This document shows positions 24,096 to 37,883 of a stretch of 64,000 nt of DNA, in pieces (position 1 is the stretch's first letter; every line of letters begins with the position of its first letter). A model generated the notes under the pieces. It did not search any database. It saw nothing but the letters and a program-made list of their open reading frames with translations, and had not been told where the DNA came from. The DNA is from Octopus vulgaris (lineage: Eukaryota). The stretch is taken from positions 89,776,001 through 89,840,000 of the forward strand of contig OX597823.1 of NCBI GenBank assembly GCA_951406725.2, in the 5' to 3' direction. A program made the translations under genes and the position numbers.

Positions 24096-24164
24096 CTATC
24101 TATAAATGTTCTAATATCTACACATTATTTCATTATGCAAAAAAATTCTTATATATATATATAT

Positions 24165-24610
24165 CATCATCATCATCATCATCGTTTAGCGTCCGTTTTC
24201 CATGCTAGCATGGGTTGGACGGTTCTACTGGGGTCTGTGAAGCCAGAAGGCTTCATCAGGCCCAGTCAAATCTGGCAGTGTTTCTACGGCTGGATGCCCT
24301 TCCTAACGCCAACCACTCCGTGAGTGTAGTGGGTGCTTTTTACGTGCCACCTGCACAGGTGCCAGACAGAGCTGGCAAACGGCCACGAACGGATGGTGCT
24401 TTTTATGTGCCACCGGCACGAGGGCCAGGCGAGGCTGGCAACGGACATGAACGGATGGTGCTTTTTACATGCCACCGGCACGAGGCCAGTCAGGGCGGCG
24501 CTGGCAACGGTCGTGAAACGGAAGGTTCTCTTACATGCCACCGGCACTGGTAACACATCTGCAATTTCCATTGATCAATTTCGATTCTGATCCTCACTTG
24601 CCTCAACAGG
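24165..24610 (-). mobile_element. SINE family C with (GAT)n tail and internal ~55-60-bp tandem units; other copies 16048-16590(-), 25070-25484(+), 29120-29435(+), 31236-31567(-), 51868-52150(+)
   Basis: Shared ttccatgctagcatgggttggac and ggatgcccttcctaacgccaacc segments plus repeated gtgccaccggcac units. Confidence 0.8.
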
Positions 24611-24634
24611 TCATATATATATATATATATATAT

Positions 24635-25060
24635 GTAAGACTCGACAGAGTGTAAGTACCTTGAGAGAAAAGTTGGACCTAAGAAGCATCAGTTGTGGTG
24701 TGCAAGAGAGACGTTTGCGCTGGTATGGTCATGTGGCGAGAATGGATGAAGATAGTTGTGTGAAAAAGTGTACACCCTAGTGGTTGAGGGGACCTGTGGA
24801 AGAGGGAGACCCAGGAAAACCTGGGACGAGGTGGTGAAGCACGACCTTCGAACTTTAGGTCTCACCGAGGAAATGACTAGAGACCAAGACCATTGGAAGT
24901 ATGCCGTGCGTGAGAAGACCCGGCAGGACAGGTGAGGCCATAATCCTGTGGCCTCTACCGGGGATGTAACCAGCCCACTTATGCGTTCCTTTCCTTCTTG
25001 GGACACAAAACTCCACTTGTGAAGACCTGTTGAGGCAAGTGAAAATCAAAATCATAATCG
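24635..25060 (+). mobile_element. RTE-clade LINE 3' fragment
   Basis: ERRLRWYGHVARM...GRGRPRKTWDEVV..DL...W; frameshift near 24772; stop 24933-24935. Confidence 0.85.
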
Positions 25061-25480
25061 TAATCTATCAACATCAGTGGAATTTGTAGTTGTGATACCA
25101 GTGCCAGTGGCATGTAAGAGAACCATCCGAACGTGGCCGTAGCCAGTGCTACCCTGACTGGCTTCTGTACCGGTTCACGTAAAAAGCACTATCCGACCGT
25201 GGCCGTTGCCAGCCTTGTCTGGTCTCCGTGCCAGTGGCACGTAAAAAGCACCATCCAATTGTGGCCGTTTGCCAGCCTCGTCTGGCACCTGTGCCGGTGG
25301 CACGTAAAAAGCACCCACTATACTCACGGAGTGGTTGGCGTTAGGAAGGGCATCCAGCTGTAGAAACACTGCCAGATCAGACTGGGCCTGGTGCAGCCTT
25401 CTGGCTTCCCAGACCCCAGTTGAACCGTCCAACCCATGCTAGCATGGAAAGCAGACATTAAACGATGATGATGATGATGA

Positions 25481-25522
<42 letters not shown>

Positions 25523-25526
<4 letters not shown>

Positions 25527-25981
25527 GGCAAGAAGAAAATGGAGGGGATCCAGAGGTAGTATGCATCAACTGTTACACATATTATGTCTATTTATCTATT
25601 CTAAACAATTATGAGAATATATATACATATGTAAACATTATATTTTACATACATAAGTACCAGTAATTTCTAGAATAGAAAAAGAAGAGCAGTTCCCTAT
25701 ACCTTTTGACATATATTTCCCCCTTTATTGCCCCCATATTTTGGTTAAAAATATACAGTTGATTCCCCTAATTAGACAGATACATATATTACATTTATTG
25801 TATGCGGTATTATACCTTTGTAAGAACTTATTTTTCGTATACAGTCTATTAAGATTACATCCCCTTAGTCATATGTATATATATTCTGATAATTGTTTAA
25901 AATAAATAAATAGACATAATATAATGTCTAACAGTTGATGCATACTATCTCTGGATCCCCTCCATTTTCTTCTTGCTGTAT
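25523..25981. repeat. Foldback with ~110-bp inverted arms beside (TA)n
   Basis: 25523-25631 is the reverse complement of 25870-25981 (gcaagaagaaaatggaggggatccagag / ctctggatcccctccattttcttcttgc). Confidence 0.75.
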
Positions 25982-26154
25982 AAATTAAGGGTAAACCACT
26001 TTTTACCCTCGCCCATTTATTACGCTCAATAGTGCAATTACCGTGCAATAACCAACACTTGTGTATTAATAATTGGGTATATTACCAGCAGTATATTGGA
26101 TAGATATTATCTCTTAGTTGGTTGGATTCACAACCTCTAACATTATTTGAATTT

Positions 26155-26189
<35 letters not shown>

Positions 26190-26193
<4 letters not shown>

Positions 26194-26671
26194 TGGCTGC
26201 CCCTCGTTATCGAGTATGGCCATTGCACGAAGCTTAATCAATGTTGTTATCGTGCAATGCCTGTGCAAGAAGATTGTTTTTAAAGTGAAGAAAGGCTGTG
26301 CACTGAGTCAATCCCACTCACTAAGCAACAGCAGCCATAATCCGAAAAGAAGAACAAGTCAACATCATCGGTAACCACTGAGCCGCAGGTTTTATGTCGG
26401 AGTTATCCCAGTTACCTGAGTTACCTTCTCCTAGAAGGATGCCCTAACAAAGGCTAGGAGTCCTTCACTCCCAATGGTTTAACTGTGCGATCGGGTATTC
26501 GGTCTGATTATTTCTATGTCCCCGCACATTTATTGGGTGGCCGTTGACTTTCAAGAGTTCCTCCGCCCATTGATGGGTTTTGTTTTTCATCCTGCAGGGT
26601 GTCCAATAAACACCCTCCTCACCAAGCAAGCTTGGTGGGGTTGCCGGTTTAGTTGCTGATGACCCGACCAT
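26190..26671 (-). mobile_element. Probable LINE (RTE-like) 5'-UTR remnant; related head at 47567-47625(+)
   Basis: atggtcgggtcatcagcaactaaaccggcaaccccac...gcttggtgaggagggt shared by both loci; flanked by (TA)n. Confidence 0.45.
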
Positions 26672-28164
26672 ATATATATATACATGCATACATGTATATA
26701 TATATATAAATGTGGATAGTTGATAAACATCCATAGGTCAGAAAAAAACAGGCACCCATATTTTGGTTCATAAAGTGGGCATTAATAAAACACATTATTA
26801 TATTCTCATATCAGCCACTTTATCAGTTGGTTTCATGCCAGGAGTTGAGATAACCCAGCAATGAACAGAAAAAAGCCAGAAGGAATAATATGGCTTGAGT
26901 TCTTTGTCACTGGTGGGGCTGAAAGTGTGACATCTGGTCTAGAGGTCTTATGACTGTTGAAAAACCAAAACAACATCACCCAGGTCAAAACCAGATGGGA
27001 AACATGTTTTTAGCTCATTGTTGATACACTCGTGGGTTGGGAGACATATGCTTGTAGGGTGGTGTAGGGACCAGGGTGAGAGTGGGTTGGTATAGAGATG
27101 TCGGAGTGAGAGTGGTGATGGGACCTAATGGGGAAGGATTAATATTAACATCATGCGAGGTGTACATATATGTACTTATATATTCACATACATACATCAT
27201 CATAATAGTTGCACCCTCGTTACACGAGAAAAGCCATTGCCAAAAAGACTAACTGAAATGGTTCATTATTGATGCCATGTGATGCTCTTATATGAGTTTT
27301 ACACATTTTATTAGATACTGCACAGCTGTGCTGGCTGGTAGGAGAAACACACACACACGTGCATGCACGAAGGTTTGCATATATATGTGATATCTTTCAT
27401 TGGTATATGATGTGCTGTGATGAGTGTGATATGCATCAAACTAAGTGGTTTTCCTCATTGCAATCCTTTATAGCATTTATTTCCCCCAACTTTAATCAAT
27501 ACGAATATCAATGACCTGATACTGACATTGATTTACCTTTATCACATTTTTAAAAAATCAATGTCCTCATTTATTGATCATGTCATTTGATATTTAGAGA
27601 CTATCTGAATTATAAGAATATCTTCCTCACATTTAATGGTTAAAATTCATGTAAATCTTTTCTGATAGTATTAAAACCAAGGTCATCTCTTGTAATAATT
27701 TGAATATTTTTCACCTTAAAACCCACATTTTCTTTCTTTAGCTGAGCTAGATACAAGATATATTTGAATATTTGATCATTGACGTGCATAGAATCACATG
27801 AGTATCTGCATTTTTTCATCAGAATATGCAGGTAAGAATATAAAATAGAAACATGAACTCTACATCATAAGAATATGCAGAATATGAGAATAATTTTAGA
27901 ACAGAATCACTGTACACAGCAGTGTAAAATGGTGAAGAAATTCACACTTTACAGCAAATAAAGAACTATAAATGAGCAAACAAAGAAGACTTGTTATGTG
28001 GTTGCTCAACATGACAGAAATAACAGCTCAGTTTCCCTCATATCACAAAATAAATAAGATTGGATGGTCATAGCTGAGATGCTTAGGCCTTTGGTCTACA
28101 CAGCCAAAAGGGATCTGAGGACTGAACAACAACAATAATAACAAAAGCAACAATGACAACTTAC

Positions 28165-28326
28165 ATCATATTGGTTAAGGAACATCGATAATTGTTGAAC
28201 ACTGATTCTTAAATCGGTTTCGTTGAACTCATATGGAATATTCCATCCAAGTGGTCCAAACTTCCGTCTCTCTTGCACCAAAGCATGGAAGAAGCAAAGT
28301 CCATAAAGCATTTTCTTGAATGCAAG
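28165..28326 (-). CDS. DNAH7: Dynein heavy chain exon 17
   Basis: [54 protein letters not shown]. Confidence 0.95.
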
Positions 28327-29467
28327 CTGAAAACAAAAGAAATTTAAGAGAAAGATATTTATTTTTTAAAAACAAACGTTTTAGTTTTCCATTTTTGTTA
28401 CAATAATTCCATATATTTTCACCATGTGACACATTATACCTATACTCCTATTTCTACAACTATTGCACACTAGTACAGCCATCACTGCTGAAATGCTGAA
28501 CTACAGGGGGAGACTCTTGGCCTGCTAGAAGTAGCAGCCAATTCTCCCTCAAATTAGACCCTTCCATCTTTAAAAAGAAAGGTGTCATTAAATAATATAG
28601 TTCAAGGTATTTTAAATCAGAACCACCCCCCCAATAAAAAAGATGAATGCCATTACTGGAGCATCTTTGATTAAAGATCTGCTGCATCAGGGCAAAGCTG
28701 GGTCCAAACTAGTCATGGGCACACTGCGGCCTGTGGGAATTTCTGAGTGGCATGACAACAAAAAAAAAAAATAACTTGAATTTTTAAAAAAAGTGTGGCC
28801 TACCTGGTGATGATCCACGTCTTTTGCATCCCACTTGCTTATAAAAGTTACTTATACCCAGTCTAAACAATAACAACAACAACACTACCATTACTCCCTC
28901 TACAGAAACTATTTCCTTTAAAGAAATTCAAATTTTGTTACAAAGCCAGAAATCTGTTGCAGAAGAGTAAAGTCCAGGAGTGTCAAACTTGTTTAGCTTT
29001 GCAATCTGGACTGAATCATAAATTAGATCTCATGAGTTAAATAGGGACAATGATCCCTAAAATCTCCCTAAATAATGTAGGCCAAAATAAATGGATAAAT
29101 ATATATAAATATATGCCGGTGCACATACAAAAAACATTCGAGCGAGGTTGTTGCCAGTGCCGCTGGACTGGCTCCTGTGCAGGTGGCATGTAAAAAACAC
29201 CATTTGAGCGTGGCCGATGTCAGTACCACCTGACTGGCCCTTGTGCCGGTGGCATGTAAAAGCACCCATTACTCTCTTAGAGTGGTAGGCATTAGGAAGG
29301 GCATCCAGCTGTAGAAACTCTGCCAGATCAAGATTGAAGCCTGGTGCAGTCATCTGGTTCGCCAGACCTCAGTCAAATCATCCAACCCATGCTAGCATGG
29401 AAAGCAGACGTTAAACGATGATGATGGTGATGATGATACACACACACACACACACACATATATATAA

Positions 29468-29547
<80 letters not shown>

Positions 29548-29905
29548 CAGAAAGATAGATAAGACCATATATACACATGACCATATATGCACATGCACAC
29601 TTCACACATACACACACAAGGACACATATGGAGACACATATCCATACATCCATACATACATACATACATATATACATACATACATAAGTGTATTACACAT
29701 GCACGCTTACACATACACATGTGCACAAATAAATAAACAAAAAGAATGCAGCTCTGATAATGGACAAAGTCAATGACTATTGAAGAGGTTGCAATATGCA
29801 ACAAAAATTTTAGAAAATATAAATAAGTAAATGAATGGAAATTTTACCAGTGAGTGTGTTAATTAATAAGGCACTAAAAGAGAATGACTCTCACCAGACA
29901 CAATA

Positions 29906-29961
<56 letters not shown>

Positions 29962-31564
29962 TTGTGTGTGTGTGTATCATAATCATCATCATCCTCATCA
30001 TCATTGTTTAACATCAGCCTCCCATGTTGGCATGGATTGGATGGTTTGGTAGGAACTGGCCTACCCCAAACTCCTGTGTCTTGTTTTGGCACACATTTTA
30101 CAGTTGGATGCCTCTCCCAGCACCACACACACGCACACACACACACACACACACATTCATACATACATACGTATACACATATATTCCTGCTAAGTAAGAC
30201 TCCTTACAGTAAGAACAGAGACAGAAACTGTCCAAATGAATGTATTGAGTTCTTGAGAAAACTGATGCTTGATAGGAAGCTTGCATTGTTTTAGCTGCAA
30301 AACTTTACTCACATCACTAGAATCTATTTGAACAAACATGTAAATATATTTGGACAAAAATTATTTTTCCTTTCCTTTCAGCTCAATAAACAAAGTGAAG
30401 GGGAGATAAGTCACATCTTTTAGTATGTGGATTATAACTTGTTGATCAAGGTAATTAAAGATTCCCTAATGTGCACTGATTTGACTTATCAGAATTGGTA
30501 TTAATCATGATTCTAGTCAGGCTTTGACTCCAAACACTTTCTCTTAATATATTGTAAGAGAATTTTTTAAAATTAATATTTTTTTTTTATAAAACTGAGC
30601 TGGGGCTATGAATTTTTGCTAATTATCCATAGCCATCAAGCTGAAATCCTCAGAAATAACTGGTCAGTTGATCATCATCAAACCCTTCAGTTTCCTCAAG
30701 AATGTTGATATTCAAGCTGTCACTGATCATCTTTAGAAAGCAAGAATTGATGTAATACTGATTGCATTACCCAACTTGCAGCATATTGTGAGTTTAGATG
30801 TTAATAATAAAAAAATATGAAACCATTATAATATGCCAATTTAGTTAATTTTGTCAAGCTCTCTTTTCAGTTTGTAAGATAGAAATTTAAATGTAATAAA
30901 ATGTTTTAAAAGAAATTTGAAGTGCCTACGTGGTAACTGTAAACCTACTTTTGGGCGACCCTGTAGTATTCTTAATTTTTTCAGATGTATCAAGTAACTT
31001 CTTAGTTAGCTGATCTTTAATGAAGCTCTTGCTAGTACCTATGTAGAAATACACCTGTTCTGCTGTACAGTTTCTTTAATTTAGCAGTTTGATTTTAGTG
31101 GGCATAATTTATTTATTTCTTGCGCAATTACATCTCTTATCTCTAACTCTACTTTGTTTATCTTCTTTTCTACTTGATTATTTATATGGATGATCCAAGG
31201 CTATGGACAAAGACACTTGCTCAATATATATATATCATCATCATCATCATTTAATGTCCGTTTTCCATGCTAGCATGGGTTTGACGGTTCAACCGGGGTC
31301 TGGGAAGCCAGGAGGCTGCACCAGGCTCCAGTCAGATCTGGCAGTGTTTCTACAGCTGGATGCCCTTCCTAACGCCAACCACTCCGCGAGTGTAGTGGGT
31401 GCTTTTTACGTGCCAGGGGAGGCTGGCAATGGCCATGATCGGTTGGTGCTTTTTACGTGCCACCGGCATGGAAGCTAGTCAAGGTGGTGCTGGCATCGAC
31501 CACGTACAGATGGTGCTTTTTACATGCCACCAGCACAGGTGCCAGGGGAGGCTGGCAATGGCCA

Positions 31565-31598
<34 letters not shown>

Positions 31599-31999
31599 TG
31601 AGCAAATGTCTTTGTCCATTGCCTTGGATCATCCAAAGCATTGTGAATGAATTTTGATGGATAGAAACAAGTGTGTTGAAACCTGTCAAAAGAACCATTC
31701 CTCTTGTTGAGTGTTAAACATAACCCATCATAACCCATAGTTAAACACTATTATCTGGCCCATTGGTGCCACCAGCAGAGTCATTATACTGTAAGCATTT
31801 GACTGGTCCCTATTTTACACAAGTAAGGTGGAAGGAAAACATCAATCTCAATAAAGATTCAAACTCCTCTCTTCCTCACACCGGCCTTAAAAAAAAGGGC
31901 AATGCTCGTTATTCTTTTAAAGATGATTGGCTTTGCCCATCCTTATTCTAATTAAGTAGTTATAGAAAAAAAAAAGAAAATATACTGAAATATACTCAC

Positions 32000-32200
32000 A
32001 GAATTTTGTGACCCTTCAAAAAATTCTGCATCCGATATTGGATCACTGAGATAAGATCTTATAATGTTGGCTTTCAATCCCTTGGGTGGTTCGTTGGTCA
32101 TTTTGACACCATTTTGTAAGATAGAAACAGGGAATGTCGTTGAGGGATAACTGGTTAACCATAATCGGAAGTCTGGATGAGTCCGCTCGGGATGAAAATC
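32000..32200 (-). CDS. DNAH7: Dynein heavy chain exon 16 (AAA6)
   Basis: [61 protein letters not shown]; not in ORF track, translated by hand. Confidence 0.95.
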
Positions 32201-33433
32201 CTGAGAAACATTTCAAAAGATATAAATCATTGATGAGTTAGAATTCTTCAAAGGGAAGTTGATTTAACTGGGACATAATATATTTCTTTGTGAGTGGAAT
32301 CTGGCACACAGGATCTGTGGATACCTTTTGCATGTGAATAGGTATTGTGTTTTTGTGTGGAGAAGTTTTGACACATATCAGCAGATGATGTATAAACACT
32401 GGGGTAGAACCAACACAAAGTCCACTGAGTATAGAAACTCTCTTATCACTTCCACTGTCAGAAATGTAGAGAGCCAGAGACCTGTTAACAAGATACTATT
32501 TTTTTTTTCTTTTAAAGTTTCAGCTCAGAGCTGCTGCCATGCTGATGCACTGCCATTGACAAATTGTGATATATTTTATATTACAATTTAGCTCTTTCCC
32601 TTTTACAGTTTGAATTCAAATCCAATCAGCTTTCACACATCACACTTTTTTTTTTTGTTGATTTAATTACACTTTAGAAATGTTGATTGAAGGTTGAGTG
32701 CTACTGAGTGGAAGGGAAAGAGAGAATTAACCCTTTCGTTACCATATTTTTGCTTTTCTTTCAATTGATTTTGAAAATAATAAAGGATTTAGTACAACAA
32801 CTTTTTCATTATTAAGCCAGTGTTTGGAACATAGGTTAACAGGAAATTTTGAAGGAAGGTTTTAATTTAGATCATTTTAAAACGAGAAGTTTGTATCTAT
32901 TTCTTTATTGCCCACAAGGGACTAAACACAGAGGGGACAAACAAGGACAGACAAGGGGTTTTATGTTGATTATATCGATCCCAGTGATTAACTGGCACTT
33001 ATTTAATCGACCCCGAAAGGATGAAAGGCAAAGTTGACCTCGGTAGAATTTGAACTCAGAACGTAACAGCAGACGAAATACCGCTAGGCATTTCGCCTGG
33101 CATGCTAAAGTTTCTGCCAGCTTCCCGGGAGAAGTCTGTATCATACAGCTAAGAGTGGTCTCAAATAGGTTGGTTTCAAAAGGGTTAAAACTTGAGTTAA
33201 AAGAAATAATAAGGGCTAAGCATTGTCAAACAAAACACTGAACTCAGAAACTAGTGACTTAATAAAAATATTGTTTTTATGATTCATTTTCAATGCTACA
33301 TCTCACACCAATTACCACATTCTTGACCCTCCTGCCCGATAACACACACCTGACTGTCTACATCACCCATTTACTGCAATCCTACTAACTTGTCTGTTTA
33401 TAGTTGGAAATATTTCAATCAATTTAAACATAC

Positions 33434-33595
33434 TTCACAGATTCTCTCTAAAGTCGGCATCCAAGATGAAGCTAAATGGCAATTCTGTAGCAGTACCCAA
33501 CAGCCTTCTTTAACAGCATTTTTAATCATCTTCAGGGCAATAGGTCCTTGACCTTGTCCTAAAGACAGTGAATCAAATTTGGAACCACCAAAACC
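33434..33595 (-). CDS. DNAH7: Dynein heavy chain exon 15 (AAA6)
   Basis: [54 protein letters not shown]. Confidence 0.95.
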
Positions 33596-33812
33596 CTACA
33601 ATGAAAAAAAAAATACATAAATATAGAACATGTAAAAGGCATTTTTTAACACTTGTAACCGTAATGTCTTTGTTCCAATGAATTTTGAAAAAAACAAGGA
33701 ATTTAGTAAAATAACTTAGTCGTTATTAAGCTGTAATCGGGAAGTTTGTATCATAGAAACAAGGGAGGGAAGGGTGGATGGACAGATGGATATATACATA
33801 CATACATACATT

Positions 33813-33844
<32 letters not shown>

Positions 33845-34565
33845 TACACACCAAATATATGTATGTCATTGTCATCATTTAACATCCATATTCCATACTG
33901 GTATGGACTGGATGGTATGACAGGATCCAACAAGCTGGAGGGGTGTATTGAACTCCTATATCTACTTTAGCTTGGTTTCTATAGCTGGATGCCCTTCCCA
34001 ATGTCAACTATTTTACAGAATGTATTGGTGCATTTTTGTGGAACCAGTGTAAGTGAGGTTGTCAAGTAACTCATAAGACAAAGAGTTGAGAGGCTAAAAT
34101 ATAATACAAGCTCAGGGAAAGGCATCTTGCTGTAGAGGAGATACAGGGCTACCCTGTATTACATAAGAGAAACACTATTGATAGTTCCAAGGCCTCCAAA
34201 ACTGGTGGAAGACAGAGACAGAAACCATGAATTATGGGTTGTCTTTAGACCAGAAAGTCGGTCCAAATGCCAACAACAGAGAGGATTCTCATAAAGGCAC
34301 ACAATAGTCAAATGGTACCATCTGGCAATTAAACCTGAACTATCAATCTTTCCATCTGAGGGTTGATATTTTAACTACGAGATTTACTGAAAAACAATCT
34401 CAGCTTATTTTGCAATCACAGAACTATTTAATTTTACAGTCATTTGTTCTTCTTTTTTATGGTTAAATGGAAATAATTGTTGCATGTTTAATCTTAGATT
34501 AGACATTTTCTTTTTTAATGTTACAATACCTTTTTCCCTAAATTATGAAAAACAAAAGAACTCAC

Positions 34566-34742
34566 CTGATCATCAGCAAACTTCAATAGCGCTGCCATAG
34601 GATCAGCTCCAGGGGACAAAATAAAAAGTAAGGGAGAACAGCAATTACTATCATTGAAAGAATTTGGAAGATCAAATGGAGGTGGTTCAATGTATTTCTT
34701 GCCAAGTTTCAAAGTAACAAAGTCTTGTACAGCAGGAATCAT
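34566..34742 (-). CDS. DNAH7: Dynein heavy chain exon 14
   Basis: MIPAVQDFV...YIEPPPFDL...[23 protein letters not shown]. Confidence 0.95.
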
Positions 34743-36226
34743 CTGAAAAGTAAAACCAGAAATACTTCAACTATGAAATGAAAATGATTCACAATCAAAG
34801 ATATTCCATCCATGACTATCTATCTTTATTAGGGATATGAAGAATTACATTAGTCAATATGTCCTTTCTCTTATTCATGACGATAAGGTGTGATTTGAGA
34901 GAGATTTACCTGCTGTTTTTACCAGATTCAGCAACCATGTAAAGGCTCCCACATTGGCTTGACTCACCCTAGGTAATCTTTGGTGGTTGCCCGATGACTT
35001 ATTGGGTTACAGGACTTACCATCAATATAGTTATCTAAGAGAATTGGTTTCAAAACTAGGTTAAGGAAGCAGGCTCATTGGGATTTTATCATTTCCTCTA
35101 TGACCAAAATTAACTTTATTAAACAATTAGCAGAATCATTAGAGCATTGGAGAAACTGCTTCACAGCATTTGTTCTGAGTCTCTACACATTGAGTTCAAA
35201 TCCTGCTGAGGTCAACTTTGCCCTTTATCATTCCATAGTTGATAAATAAAAATGTGGCAATCCAAAGTGGAGCTATTAGAACATCAGACCAGATGCCTTG
35301 TGGTAATTGATCCATCTCTCAGCAATCTGATTTCAAATCTCACTGGGATCAACTTCCCCTTTCATCCTTTGATAAAAAGGGGTTGATAAAAAATAAGCAC
35401 CAATCCAAAGGAATCGACTGGAAGAATTATAAGAACATTAGATCAGATGCCTTGTGGTATTTGTTCCAGCTCTTTACTTTCTGAGTTCAAATCCCACCAT
35501 GACCTACTTGGGTGGTAGACTTAATCCATCACCCTGTTTAACACCATCACTTAGCATCTTAGGTATCTGTAGCAGAGTCTATTCAGTTGGAAGCATTTAG
35601 GCCAGGTTTCTGCTTTGATGATACTTTCCACCCTCTTCTCACTAGCCTTGGAGGTCCTGTAATGGGTCATGGGACACTACCCTGCCTCCTCATAAAGAGA
35701 TTAAAAAACATCTTGGGACAGCAAAGAACAACTACAAATAGTTTATAAGGATATTCCTTAAAATTGGTAGACATAAAAAGGAATGGAAACAAAAACATCA
35801 TTGTCATTGTTTAACATCCGTCTTCCATGCTGGCATAGGTTGGATGGTTTGAGAGGAGCTGGCTAGCCAGAAAGCTGCACCAGGCCCCAATTGTCTGTTT
35901 TGGAATGGTTTCTATGGCAGGAAGCCCTTCCTAGAGCCAACCAGTTTACAGAGTATACTGGGTGTTTTTTTATGTGGCACCAGCACAGGTGCCTCTTGCA
36001 TGGCACCAGTACAGGTGCTTATTATGTGGCACCAGCATGAGTGCTTTTTACATGGCACCAGCCATGTGTGTATTATAGAATGAAGCAGGGACTAATATTT
36101 CATGTGGGGGACTTACAAGTATTTCAGAAAGCAAATTATCATTCTTCTTGTCAAACAGTCACAAGTTGTTTTACTTTGGACACACTTCAACGTTTAGAAG
36201 TAATCTTTAACAAAATGCAAACCTAC

Positions 36227-36319
36227 CTTGTCAGGTCTAAGACATCGTAGAACTAACATTTTCTGAAACTCCAAAAGTTTTTCATTCCAATCGTTGGGCA
36301 AAGGTTCTTTCTGTGGCTC
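36227..36319 (-). CDS. DNAH7: Dynein heavy chain exon 13
   Basis: EPQKEPLPNDWNEKLLEFQKMLVLRCLRPDK. Confidence 0.92.
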
Positions 36320-36785
36320 CTGTTTATTGGGAAATTGGTGAAAATAAAAATAATAAATTTGGTTTTTGAATGACAATTTCTGCAGTGGTGTTAATTGAAA
36401 AAGAGAGGAAAATATCAAGTAAAATGCTTATCACTTCTTTCTGTTTTTTTTTTTTTTTTTTTTTTTTTTTTGAAAAGAAAATGTTGGATCTGAAAGGTTT
36501 GGTTTTTCACATATGTAGAGCATGCAGAACATGTCAAGTTTGCCCCTGAAAAGTCCTTTTCTAGATATTTTTTATAGTTGGAAATTGTAGATATATAAGG
36601 ATCAAGTGATGTGGAATGTCTCAGAAAGAATCAAGGCTTGTATTGAAGACTCAACTCACCAACAGCTTACTCTTACTATACATCACGGTTATTTTGTATT
36701 TTCCACTCCTGCCTTAAATATTTGTATATCATATTATACTCTTATACACACACACACACACGCATATGCACACACACACACACAC

Positions 36786-37235
36786 TTCTTGCCATGGGAC
36801 TGTACATTCGATTAAGGTTATCTTCTTTCCCTTCTCAGACCACAAAACTATGTCCAGCCTCAGGGTTGCCTGAATGACCTGGGAAAACTGTAACCTTTCC
36901 CCGATGTCTACTTTCACATCCCATGGTTGGGCCTCTTGTAGTAAACTGCTTTGTTCTTTTTGCTGTAGTTAATGGCTTTTCTCCTTCCCTCATAAACGTT
37001 TCTGTTGTTGTTTTTCCCAACCTGTCGGTGTTTCTTACGTCTCTTGCTCCGAGGTATAAGTGCTGTGAGCACCTTGTCACGGTACTGCCTGTAACTCCTT
37101 TGGGTATGTGCTATTTTACATCCTGAAAAGTTGCATACCAGTGTTCCCCTCCCTCCAACTAAGCCTACACAGCTGGTTCTTTTGCATACCCCATTTGTGC
37201 AGGTTTGTTAGCATTGGAAGTTATCATACACTGTT
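36786..37235 (-). mobile_element. Non-LTR retrotransposon fragment with restriction-like endonuclease (HERO/NeSL-like)
   Basis: TLRLDIVLWSEKGKKITLIECTVPWQE (degenerate LRPD..E.TVPWE motif). Confidence 0.6.
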
Positions 37236-37236
37236 T

Positions 37237-37795
37237 GGTGGAATTTTGGTTTCTGCAGCCCATATAACTCCTCATGACCTTTTTTGTTTTTTTTTGGAAT
37301 TTTCAGAAAATTTTTATGAATTTGTGTTCTACACATGGGAATTCATACAATTATACAAAAAATTTGTGTGTGTGCGTTAAGAGCAATTTAGCTGTTATTT
37401 TTAGCACATTTCACAACCATCTGATACCTTGCTTGTTTCTTTATTACTCTGGCATGTATTGATATATTTCAACGTTTTTCTTCTCGTAAACACATTTAAT
37501 AGAATGATGATGCACCCAAGGGTGCACCATTGTTGGGATTTAAGCAAAAAATTTGTACTGTCTGTATTTTAAACTCTCATTTAAAAGAAAAATTCAAAAA
37601 AGAGTGGAACTTTTAGAATTTATAAGGTGGGTGGGAGAAGGATAAAAGGTTTTTTTAAATATTTCTTTTTTTTTTTTTCAAAAGTGTGAATTCTTATGTG
37701 TAAAACATCAATTCACAAAAAATTTTCAGAAAATTCCCCAAAATAAAAAGGTTATGGGGGGAGTTTATATGGGGTGCTTAAACTGGAATTCCACC
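37237..37795. mobile_element. Foldback/MITE with ~115-bp imperfect terminal inverted repeats
   Basis: ggtggaatt...cccatataactcc...ggaattttcagaaaattttt mirrored by aaaaattttcagaaaattcc...ggagtttatatggg...aattccacc. Confidence 0.6.
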
Positions 37796-37883
37796 CACTA
37801 CTCCACAGTAGGAAGGACACACACACAAGCAAACAGACAGATATAGCAATTATGTATACACAGCAAATAAATGGTAAACTTAC

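Noticed and set aside
24325-24550. Regularly spaced ~28-bp repeats resembling a CRISPR array (also 16200-16570, 25095-25310)
   Set aside because: Spacers resemble each other, the units are internal to a dispersed SINE family, no cas genes, eukaryotic intron
29373-30294. Many short ORFs rich in YI, CV, HT or ER (also near 40000, 42600, 44100, 45000 and 50200)
   Set aside because: Translations of dinucleotide microsatellites and SINEs
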